A DNA stretch of 64,000 bases, from contig NW_024704743.1 in assembly GCF_018977255.1 (NCBI RefSeq), forward strand, positions 70,868,001-70,932,000. Reading direction: 5' to 3'. The position numbers were made by a program, and so were the translations under genes. The notes under the pieces were generated by a model. It did not search any database. It was not told the origin of the DNA and saw nothing but the letters and a program-made list of their open reading frames with translations. This document shows, in pieces, positions 13,167 through 24,605 of this stretch. Positions within the stretch are counted from its first letter, which is position 1; every line of letters starts with the position of its first letter. The DNA is from Callorhinchus milii. Its lineage: Eukaryota.

Positions 13167-13352
13167 AAAACAAAAACAGAAGTCGCTGGGAACACTCAGC
13201 AGGTCAGGCAGAAGGGGTTCTGACGAATGGTCATGGACCTGAAACGTTGACTCACTTTCCTTTCTCCATAGATGCTGCCTGACCTGCTGAGTGTTCCCAG
13301 CGACTTCTGGTTTTGTTTTCTGATTTCCAGCATCTGCAGTATTTTGTGTTTT
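13167..13352. mobile_element. Penelope-like terminal repeats in inverted arrangement, enclosing a hammerhead motif
   Basis: 45-bp inverted arms 13167-13211 and 13275-13319 (one mismatch) enclose CTGACGA-n14-GAAACGTT. Confidence 0.7.
13214..13253 (+). ncRNA. Putative minimal type I hammerhead ribozyme
   Basis: CUGACGA (13220-13226), stem II GGUC/GACC, GAAAC-GUU (13241-13248) with palindromic ACGU in place of stem III, stem I GGGUU/GACUC. Confidence 0.6.
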
Positions 13353-15390
13353 GTCTATTTTCCTCCACCTTGTACTCTCCCTCTCCACTTTCTAAAAATT
13401 CTCCTAAAACCTACTTCTTTGATTGTATCTTCAGTCATCTCCTTCCCACCCTTCATCTCTGTCCCTGTTCAGACTCGTACTCTGTCTCTGTAAAGTGTTT
13501 TGAGAGATTTAACCCTGTGAAAGGCATACATAAGTGCAAGCTGCCATTATTACATAAGGCTAGTATCTGGGAACCTGCAAAGGAAATCTAAAAATCTATG
13601 AAGTTGTAAATTCAATGGAGGCTGTGGTGTGACAACATGCCGAACCATTCTGATGAAGATGGTACAAATTCAATACAATAGAAATTTACATTTATATAGT
13701 GCTTTTCATGTCGAGAAGATGTCCCAAGACGCTTAACAATCCTGGCTTGGCATCCGAGGGGAGAGGGAAGATGACCAAAGGCACTGTCAAAGAGACAGAC
13801 CTTGAAAGTGGTGAGGGAGGGAACGAGTAAGAGGGATTCTGGGATGGAATACCCAAGGTGTGGGGGGCATAGGCTGAGAGCCTGACTGCTGATGGTGGGT
13901 AGGTCTGGTGTTAGACACGAGGCAGGTTGAGCAAGACCACAAGAGTGGGACAAGGATCCTCCGCTAGAAATTCACCAGAAATTGTGATAATTATCACATC
14001 ACTTGCTACATTTTTACCCCATATTCCTTAGCTGTCATTCTTCCATGTGGCGTTATTATTACCCTTATAGAGTATGGTGGGAAATTTGCAAGAGAATAAG
14101 CCAGGCCTAAAACTATTTCTGAAAAGCATAGCAGGGGATGACATAATGCAGCACAGTGCAAAATGAGCCCAGTGCTTTTCTTGTGGTGTTCAGGGTTTAT
14201 TTGTTAAAACTCTCCACTACTTGAATCTGAATTGCTATAAAAAGGCTTTAGTTTGCTCTTTGTTAAATATTTGACATGCTCCGATAGTTGTGAAATAGAA
14301 TTTTGAAACAATTAAATTTGTATTATTGCTAAAAAAAATTACAGGATTAGAACAGATACTTAGCCTCTCCCTGGGGCTAAAATAATTAAACAATAAAAAG
14401 CACTTGGGAGCATAACAGGTTTCAACTGAGGACAGGAAGCTTTATTGAAGGTCAAGTGTGTCCTACTGGATTACATCAATTTCATTATTCTGATTCAATT
14501 ATAGATTATTTTTAAGAATATTTAAAGGGGAGGTACAGTCTGCTGACTGGGCTATCTTAAAGAAGTGTACACTGTCTGTTATTTTAGTCTCATTTTGTGA
14601 CTGTGTTTAAGTGCTGGTTAGATGCAGCCTGGAAAAGGCTTTTTTATTTGGATGTGTTGAGACAGCAGTACAAGAATGTACAAGTTTAGTGCTGCAGAGG
14701 GCAATTTCAGAACAGACACCAGAAGGTATTTATTTACCCAGAGGGTAATTAACAACTGAAGCAGGTTACCAGGCTTTTATCCACAAAATACACATTCACA
14801 TCACTTTACATTCTAACTTGTGAAGTAATTTGAGATATGTGGACAATGGGTAAAGCATTATATCAAATGCAAAGATTATTATTATCATTGCTGTTCTCCA
14901 CCACTACCTCTCTCCCTTGGGCCGCCAAGGCCCTAATCCATGCTTTCATCACATCGAGACTTGATTATGTTATGCCCTGTTTGTCAGACACCTCTTCCTG
15001 ACAAAGTCTGCAGATTTTCCACAACCCTGTAGCCCATGTCCTCTCCCACACCAGGTTCCATGAGTTTATCAGCCACATCCTTACTCAGTTTCATTGGTTC
15101 CCCTTTACCCAGTGGATCGAATTCAAGATCCTCATTTTCGCTTTCAATTCCCGCCACGATTTCACCCCATTTTACCTCTGCGATCTACTTCAACTCTACC
15201 AACTCAGCCATTCCCTTCTCTCAATAAACACTAGCACCACAATAATAATTATAAAGCGCATTATTATGTCATCAGAATGCCTCAAAGCTCTTCACAGGAT
15301 ATACAATAAAATGGTCTCACTGTCTTTATTTTCTGGACGAATGCAGCAGCATTCTTCAACACAGCAGTGCCTTATAATCAATTATGAAAC

Positions 15391-15757
15391 GTGGAGTCCT
15401 GTAGCTCAGTGGTTAGAGCACTCGTCTCGCAAGCAAGAGGACCTGAGTTTGATTCTCGAGCAGAGCAAGACGTTAGGCAAGTTTCCTTACTTCACACTCC
15501 TCTGTTTACCTAGCAGTAAGCAGAAACCCAGTTGTTAATCGATTGGCAGATCTCTTTCCGGAGGTAATAATCTTTTTTTTAAAAATTTGGTCACTGAATC
15601 CACAACTGTTTGTGGGACACTATGGTGCAGAATTGGTGGCCGTGTTTCATACACAAAAATATGCAGTCAATTCACTCTTCAGTATATTCTATAAAGCGCT
15701 TTGAGATGTCTCAACGATGTGATAAGGCGCTATATGAAATGCAAGGATTATTATTAT
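15391..15757 (+). mobile_element. tRNA-derived SINE, long subfamily (full CORE-like domain), with 9-bp TSD
   Basis: Includes CTCTGTTTACCTAGCAGTAAG. TSD attatgaaa at 15381-15389 and 15753-15761. Nested in an older minus-strand Deu SINE. Confidence 0.9.
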
Positions 15758-16461
15758 GAAATGAATGACCAATTTTACGTGGGGGATTGTTGACCAGGAG
15801 AAACTCCCTTCTCTATTCGAATAGTGCCACGGCATCTTTAACATCCACTTGAATAGGTAGACGGGACCTCAGTTTAACATGTCATTCAAAGGACAGATTA
15901 GTTCATGTCCTTTCAAATCTAAAAAATAAATTGGAGGCATATTTGTTTGTTTGTAAACTATTTATGCGCTCTTTTCTAGCTCAATGAGACTCGAAGCAAT
16001 GATTTAAGATTAAAGAAAAAACAACTTACATTTTGATAGCATCTTATCACTTCAAAACATCTCAAAGTACTTCCTAGGTAATTACTGTCAAGTGTTTGGG
16101 TTGTATTTCACGTTAGCATGGACCGGACAGGTAAATGACCAATTAATCTGGAGAAATGTCGATTGGGTTATTAATTTTATTGGTGCTGTTTGTCATTTCA
16201 CTATTCCATTTTTTTAATATAACAGGCAGGAGTTAGTTCCAGTCATAATAAATTTGCCTTTTGACACAGCTGTCTTAGTCCCTACTGAGCTGTTTGAGGC
16301 ATAGCACACTCACAGTTGCAGTGCATTTTAATCAGTCAACAATTGAGGTTAACAAAAGGTAAGAAAAATGGTGACTAATAGTTAAGCAACTCAATCAATA
16401 GCAACAGAATTAAATATGAAGAGGGTTCCAATAAAACACATAACTGGATAATAATGATGAT

Positions 16462-16790
16462 GATAATAATAATAATAATCCTTGCATTTGATGTAGCGCC
16501 TTATTGCATCTTTGAGATATTTCGAAGCACTTCACAGAATATACTGTAAAGTGAATTGACTGCATATTTTGTGGGTGAAACGGGGCAGCCAATTATGCAC
16601 AGAGGTGTCTCACAAACAGGAATTACCCCAGGAAGAGCTATCCGTAAATCGACTAACAACAAGATTCCTACTTACTGCTAGGTAAACAGAAGTGTGTGGA
16701 GTAAGGAAGCTTGCCCAACATTTTGCCCTGCCGGGAATCGAACCCAGGTCCTCTCGCTTGTGAGGCGAGTGCTCTTAACCACTACGCCAT
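16462..16790 (-). mobile_element. tRNA-derived SINE, long subfamily
   Basis: Reverse complement of the head, CORE-like, Deu-like and tail modules. Confidence 0.88.
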
Positions 16791-19700
16791 TTAAATTGGC
16801 GAAACGTTGTCAAGCCAATTTAAATTAAAGCTGTCCCTGAAATGACAACTTCAAGATATTGTTCACCACAATTCATGACAAAGATATTTGTTTTGGTGTC
16901 CTAGTCAACAAACCTCCAGATAAAATTGGTCATTCACTGCATGGCTGTTAGTGGGACATTGCCATGTACAAATTGGCTGCTGTGTTCTCCGATGATATAT
17001 ACACAGTCACTACCCCTTATAATAAATCCTGCGAAGCACTTTGAGACATCCTCTGATGTGAAAGCAACCATATCAGATGCAAGGTTATTGTTGTTATTCT
17101 CACAGCTTGCCATCTGCCCAGAAATATTAACTGAACACTTTTAACACAAGAATCAGTTTGCATTCATGCATCATTGATCAAGCTGACTCATGCATTTTCC
17201 TCATATGTAGGTACTGCTAGGTCAGCATCCCAAATAAATCAGAAAAATTGCAAAACATGGATGATCTCAAAATTCCCCTGAATTTCATGACAACCTCTAA
17301 ATGCTGACTGAAGTCGTAAATGCAGACTCCATGTTTTAGTGAGAATTACAGAACTGTCCACGTTTCGAATTGATGGTAGAAATTGGAGATATATTGACAA
17401 AACACTCAAAACCTATTTTGATGTTTGAAATGACAACTTCAAGATATTGTTCACCACAACTCATGAAAAAGTTGTGGTGAACAATATCTTTGTCATGAAT
17501 TGTGGTGAACAATATCTTGAAGTTGTCATTTCAGGGATAGCTTTAATTTAAATTGGTCACTAGACTGAGCTGAATTCTTTCTTCATTTGAAGCAAATGAG
17601 TGGAATCCGGCTATACTTCTCCGTTGGTTTAGTTGTTGTGTACAAGGCTAAATAGCCCATTCAGGAGAATGTCAAATAACACAAGAAGCTAAACATTTTG
17701 GATTTGGTGATAAAAAGATCTCAACCGATCATTAAATAAAAACATATCAATCCTTGCATATGATATAGCATGTGTATTGTAATGTAGAAATGCCTCAAAC
17801 TGCTTCACAGAGTTTTGTATAATGTGTAGCAACTGCTAATTATCGACAAACATGGCTGCCAATTTGCCACAATCCCACAAACTGGATGACTGTTACCAAC
17901 ACACCAGGAAAATTAAATATGAAGAGGGTTCTGATGAAGCACATCAGACAAAGTTCCCTTCACTTTTGAATGGTTTAGGTGCTTAAACGCTCTGGGACGC
18001 TACCCTGTGTGAGGGACACTATTTAAACGCAAGTTGTTGTTGAATGTAGTAATGGGATCTTTTCAACTGAAAAGGTAGACGGGATATCAGTTTACATCTC
18101 ACCCAAAGGACACCATATCAGACAACACAGGACCTTCTACCCCACCATTCACCACTGTGTTGCAGTGTCAGGTTAGACTATGAGCACAAGGCAAGATTGC
18201 AATCAATTGAGCAAGGTTAAAGAATACAAAACGTGAGAAGGCCCTTTACCAAATGCAAGGATTATTATTATTATTATGATTATTATGATTATTATTATTA
18301 CAAGCACGTGCCCACATTAAAGACCAGATACTTTTTTTAATGCATTTATTCCAGCAGTGAGCCACAGGCAATCTTTTTTAAAAACAAAATATACATTTAT
18401 TTATTGATAGAATATATATTTATACTTGTCTCAAAGAAACAATTCCTGTGGCAGAAAGGAAAACATCACAATTTATTATTGTCCTGTTAAAGAACATAAA
18501 AGATCTGTCCCCTTGTATTGAGGGGTTGGCTCTGCGCACACTACTTTGGTGGAGGGACAAAGGTTTACCCCCTCCCGGGGGATTTGCTGCCCTTTGCAGC
18601 CAACGGTATATCACGTGAGCAGCAAACACCACAATTGCATTAGTCCTGAATATTTTTCCTTCTATAATGAGAAAAACTGGAAATCAGAAGTGAGCACTTT
18701 CTTTGTAATCAGTCCTTTGTGTTTATTCCCACACAGCAATGTCACACAATAAGAGGATATTAAGATTACTTTGGAAAAGGCAATTAGAATAATAACAAAA
18801 TAAAGGTTTCATTAACAGTTTACAGTTCTGTGTCTGTCCTGCAGCAGCCAACTGAGACCCAAATTAAAAATATCATTAGTGATTCATTATTTTTATGAGG
18901 AAGTTATTTATCTGGGAGCTTGCATTCAACTAACAAAGAACAGTTTGAATGGCTACCACAAGGAATGTTATGAGCCCTCTAAACCAATTCTCAACATAAG
19001 TGCCTCTCCCAAACTTTTATTGTCTCATCCACTTAGGGAAATAATTGGCTACATTTTCCTCTTGGTGGGTGACTCAGAGTTAAGGCACCCACTTTTGTAT
19101 TGTACCTGATATTATCCCAATGTTTAAGTCGTCCTTGATATAAGGAGCCTGAACAGGGAGCCATATAGTGCTCTATACGCCACAGCTAGAGCACCATATA
19201 CAGTTCTGTTCACTGCAACATAAGGGCCTGCAGCAGTAGAACCAAGAGGTCTGTTACGTGCTGTATCAGGATAATAATAGTTGCTTTTTTTACTTTCAAA
19301 CAATTTTTTTAGTGGCCTCAGTGTGCCAATGGTGGGAGGATGGTGGTGGAACAAGTCTAGATTACATATTGTACTGGGAAGCTCTAAATTGCCTTGTCTC
19401 AACTAGTGAAAATAAATTAATGTGTAGTATTCTACAATTTTGCTGTTCTCTATGTAAAGCAAAATCTGAAGCATTCTTAAAATAAATATATTTGCTCGTC
19501 TTGCTGATTAAATCAAAATATGGTATTTGTGAAATCTGGTTACTGGAATATTTACATCTAATTCAAAGGTACAAATCTGAAATAACTGCCCAATATGATA
19601 ATATATGAGGCTAACACAGAAGCTAAAGAAATAGGTTTCCTTCATCCCATCATAATCCTTACATTACTATCCTTCCTTTGATCTCAACTGAAAATGTGTA

Positions 19701-19832
19701 CACTTCATGGCAGCAATTCTTATTTCTGTCTCACTAACCATATTGATTCATACTGCTGGATTGTCCATTCAGGAAATACCTTATCCGTGTTGAACTCTGG
19801 AGGCTCAAGTTTACATAGTCCCAGACCATTAA

Positions 19833-20190
19833 GTGGAGTTCAGTTGTTAGAGCACTCGCCTCGCAAACGAGAGACCTGGGTTCGATTCCCAGCAGAGCGA
19901 AACATTGGGCAAGTTTCCTTACTCCACACGACTCTGTTTACCTAGAAGTAAGTAGGAACCCAGAAGTTTGTCGATTGGTGGATCACTTTTCCGGGAGTAA
20001 TAATTCCTTCAAAAAAAAATAAGAAGAAATTGGTCACTCAATCCACAACTGTTTGTGGGACAGTGCAATTAGCTGCCGACAAAATATACAGTCAATTTAC
20101 TTTACTTACAGTGAAGCACTATTCTGTGAAGCACTTTGAGACGTCTCAAAGACGTGATAAGGCACTATATCAAATGCAAGGATTATTATT
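19833..20190 (+). mobile_element. tRNA-derived SINE, long subfamily
   Basis: Same modules; B box GTTCGATTCC. Confidence 0.88.
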
Positions 20191-21016
20191 TTTTAAAAAT
20201 ATATATCATGCATAATTTAGGCTTATTTGGACTGTGAAAAAACAGCATGCAATTAAGACTGAATTTAAAATGTTTTCAAAGTGCTGCACAATCTTACATT
20301 TTAGGCTAGACCATGNAAAAAACAGAGGCCATAGTCATGTGGGTTTGATGGGCCAAATAACCTCCTCCTAGACTGTAATTACTATCATTGTATGAATTTC
20401 CATGATTTCTTTATCTGTAAGAGCACACAACTGTGGAATTCTAGGATTTTTCTGAATCCCTTCCACATGGCTGTCTGTAATAGTAGTAATGGTCATCCTT
20501 GAAATTTGATATAGTAGCTTTTACATCAGGAAAACATGTCAAAGCAGTTCACAGGATATACCATATAGTGCAGTGCTGGTGCAACTTGTAGGCGAATTCA
20601 TCAGCTAGTTTGCACACAACAATATCCAACATATAGCGATGAAGTGAATAACCAATTTTATTTGGCCGATTATTGGCCAAGACATTAGGGAGAACTCCCC
20701 CTCCTGTTTTTGACTAGGACCATGAAATTATTTCGCCCACATAATAGTGATAATTCGTTTCACCCACAAAGTACAGTCAGTTCACTTTACAGTACTGTAT
20801 ATCCTGTGAAGCATTTTGAGACATAAGGTGCTATATCAAATGCAAGGAATATTATTATTATCATTAACATCTGCCTGAACAGGCATAGTCAGGACCTTAG
20901 ATTAATGTCTCCTCCAAAAAACAGCACCTCCAACAAGGCAGCACTCCCCAGTTGCTGCATTGTACTATCATTCTAGTCTATATGAGTACTGATGTGGGAC
21001 TTAAATCCGCAACCTA

Positions 21017-21050
<34 letters not shown>

Positions 21051-24000
21051 GGATTGACTTGTGTAACCATTCTCCAAGAGAGGAGAAACTGCAACTCAGA
21101 GTTGAGATCCTAACACTCCATCACAGGATTGGGGGTATTCAAGACAGATGCACCAACTCTACAACAATAAAGTTGGGCGAGGATGGGGGTAATCTGCTCT
21201 TTGGTGTGGGAGACAACACCAGTAATGCTCATGTTTCATCAGAATCCAGTAATTCACCCAGTTCTTCCTGACACTGCCAACTTTCTCGCTGAAATTTTCT
21301 AAATTGGGGCTTGTTTTAACTGAGAGTGATGGTCATATGTGTGATGCTACTGTGGCAAAAATTGGGTTCTTCTTGTTGAGTAAAAATAGCAGATTGCATA
21401 TTGGAGAAAAACTGTGGACTTTGCTAATTTTTGCCAACCTCAACCCAGTTGGACAAGACTAATAATAAAGGAGACAGAAGCTCTTAACCAGCCTTTAATA
21501 ATCACAGTCCAAATTTACAGACCAATATTTTCGGCACATATTTTTTGCAAATATTGCAATTTAGATACTTTATTAAAAACATGGCTGCATATCTATCGGG
21601 AAGCTATAAAAAGTGTTATACTGCTCTGTCACCACCATTATGTTCTCATTACATCTCCTATGAAGTACTTTGCACAATCTCAATGTAACAATCTGGATTT
21701 CTCATTATTAACATGTAATGAAAAGACTCTTTTTAGTGATAAGCATATGATGGACTTTGTTACGTATTGCAATGACAAGGCAATGTCATTGTGATGTGAG
21801 AAATGTTATTGAGCTGCATGCTAACAAGCAATTCCTCAGAGCTTTCTGCACCACATTTAGGGACAATGATCCCTTTTAATACAAGGACAATCTTGCTTGT
21901 CACTAGTTTATGGTGGCTTTCTTACATTCAGGTCATAATCACAACACAGACTCATAATAATCTATAATGGTTTGGGGTAAGGAGAGTGATATGAGATGCA
22001 AATCTCATTAATTTCAGTGAAGTCATTTAATTGTAAAGCATGCTTAATTATACAACGATCACTGGGGAAAATTTCCTTTGTCTGACACCAGATTCTTTCA
22101 GTGCACATTATTGCCACATTACTGATGCAGAGCAACTTTGGCTAGAAACTGTTCCATAACATCCTGGCCTGTGTTTGCTGGGGAATTCACCCCCATTTAA
22201 TCTGTGAATTGGATTATGAGAAATAGGCTGAATTCCTTGCAGGCACCTAAGTGCTCAGACAAACCCACAGCCAGAAAGGTAGTGGGTGCCTGACAAGGCT
22301 GGTCACTGATTACAGAACTCTTCAATGAGAGCAGAGATTCTTCCCATTTGGCTCCTGGTAACTCTTTAAGACAAAGCTTTAACGAGTTAGGTTGACCTTA
22401 TTTCGCCCACAAATATACAGTCAATTCACTTTACAGCATATTCTGTGAAGCGCTTTGAGACGTCGAGAAGACGTGAAAAGCGCTATATCAAGTGCAAGGA
22501 TTATTATTATTATTATTATCATTGGACAAACAATAGGAAGCTTGCCAGACAGTGCTCTCAATGACAACTGATGGTGTGTTATCTAGTTAATATCCAGCAG
22601 TATAAGATTGCATGTTCTAGGGTTCCCAAGCCTCGGCTCTTGCCAATCTGCACCAAATACTCTCCAGAATTAGGTAAGCAGGGTGTAACCCTCAAGGGAG
22701 AGAATGTCATTCCAGATACAGAAATTTCTACATGAAGATTACAGCATATTGGAAATCTCAGTCTGCTTTGCTCTTAAGCATAGGTTTCTGCATGTGTCAG
22801 ACACCTGAATTGACCTAAATAAAAATTCAAAGGAAAAATATGGTTTACTGAGTTAGCCCAGAATCACTCTATGAAATACAGAGGGATATCTGAGGCCTGA
22901 AATTCTCATAATCTTAGCCTTAGGATCATTGTATTAAAATGTAACATTGTTTAGAATTTGAAATTGTCTTAAATTCTTTATAAAAATTGTGGACTTCACC
23001 AATTTTTGCCAACCTCAATCCAATTTTTCATGCTGTTGGAAGAGACCAATAATAACCAGCTTCCAAAATAAGACTGTAATTAACAATTTTCAAAATTCTA
23101 TACAACTTTTAAGCAGTTTTACAAAGATTTTTTCCCAAAATGTAATAATCTGTTAATATGCTCCACAGTGTTATTAACAGAGCTGTCAAATCTCTGAATT
23201 TGAAGGAGGTTTTAATGTGCCATTCAAAGGAATAAATAGCAACATTGAAACAAACAAGTTAATATTATTTGGGGAAAGATTTAACTGCTATGATAGTTAC
23301 TATGATAGTTATGGCTTTTAAAAAATAATAATTTGGCCACTCAATCCATGACTGTTTGTTGGACACTGGTGTGCGTAATAGTTGCCGAATTTCGCCCACA
23401 AAATATGGTCAATTCACTTTATAGTATACTCTGTGAAGCACTTTGAGACGTCTTGAAGACGTGGTAAGACCCTATATCAAATGCAAAGATTAGTATTATT
23501 AGTCAATAGTCAACTGCTGTAAATTCACATCACAGGATTTGATTAGAATGTTATAAACTGAATGTAGTGCCACAGTATTTACACTATCTTGCTCCTTGAC
23601 TCAGCTAATGCGTGCCTGTCAAGTGCTCAATTTGCTCCAAAGGATCTGTTTTACCTTATATGTAATAAATAGCCTTTGGAGAATCAGGGAATATTTAGAT
23701 GGAACCTTCCCTCAGAAAACTAAGTGGGTAGAGTCAAAGATAACAACAACAACTTGGATTTATATAGCGCCCTCCATGCCGGACGGCGTCTCAGAGCGCA
23801 TTAATAGGGTAGTTTATACATGGTAGGAAAGGAGGCAACTAATTGGTCTGAAATGATCCTTTCTAGTTCCATCCTTTGTTGTTAAAAGTACAGATAAAGG
23901 ATAATCTGCAATGGCGCATTCCCACCGTGACAAACAATAAGGTGTCACACCAGTGGAATTTCAGAAAGGATTGCATGTACCTTGATGCTCCCAGTAATAA

Positions 24001-24392
24001 CCGAGAATTACAACAATAATAAAAGTAATAATAATCCTTGCATTTGATATAGAGCCTTTCAGATCAGGAGGACGTCACAAAGTGTTTCACAGGATTTACT
24101 GTAACGTGGAATGACAGTAAATTTATATGGGAACATGGCAGCCAATTTGCAACTGGGGGATTATTGGCCAGGAGGCCAGGAGAGACTTCTTCTCTTTTTG
24201 AGTAGTGTTATGGGATAGTTAATGTCCACTTGAACAGGCCAACGGGACCTTGGTTAAAATCTCATTCAAAGGAAGACATCTCCATTAATGCAGCACACCC
24301 CAAAACTGCTTTGAGTGGTTGCCTAAAGCAAGTGAGTTTAAAGCTCTGACATGGGGCTTGAACCTTTTGACTCAGAGGTGAGAGTGCTGCCA

Positions 24393-24605
24393 AATAATAA
24401 TAATAATAATAATCCTTGCATTTGATATAGCGCTTTTCACGTCTTCTAGATGTCCCAAAGCGCTTCACAGAATGTACTGTAAAGTGAATTGACTGTCTAT
24501 TTGTGGGCGAATGCAGCAGCCAATTGCACAGAGCAATGTCCCACAAACAGTTGTAGATTGAAAATTACCAATTTATTATTTTTTTTGTTTTGGAGGGATT
24601 ATTAT
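24393..24605 (-). mobile_element. SINE 3' half (Deu-like + tail) adjoining the head of an older SINE
   Basis: (TAA)n tail, TCCTTGCATTTGATATAGCGC, Deu-like motif. Confidence 0.85.

Noticed and set aside
17426..17533. CRISPR-like repeat/spacer pattern
   Set aside because: The repeats are inverted and overlapping with no unique spacers, and the context is eukaryotic.
20316..20316. Single N bases (also at 26523)
   Set aside because: Assembly ambiguity with no biological signal.
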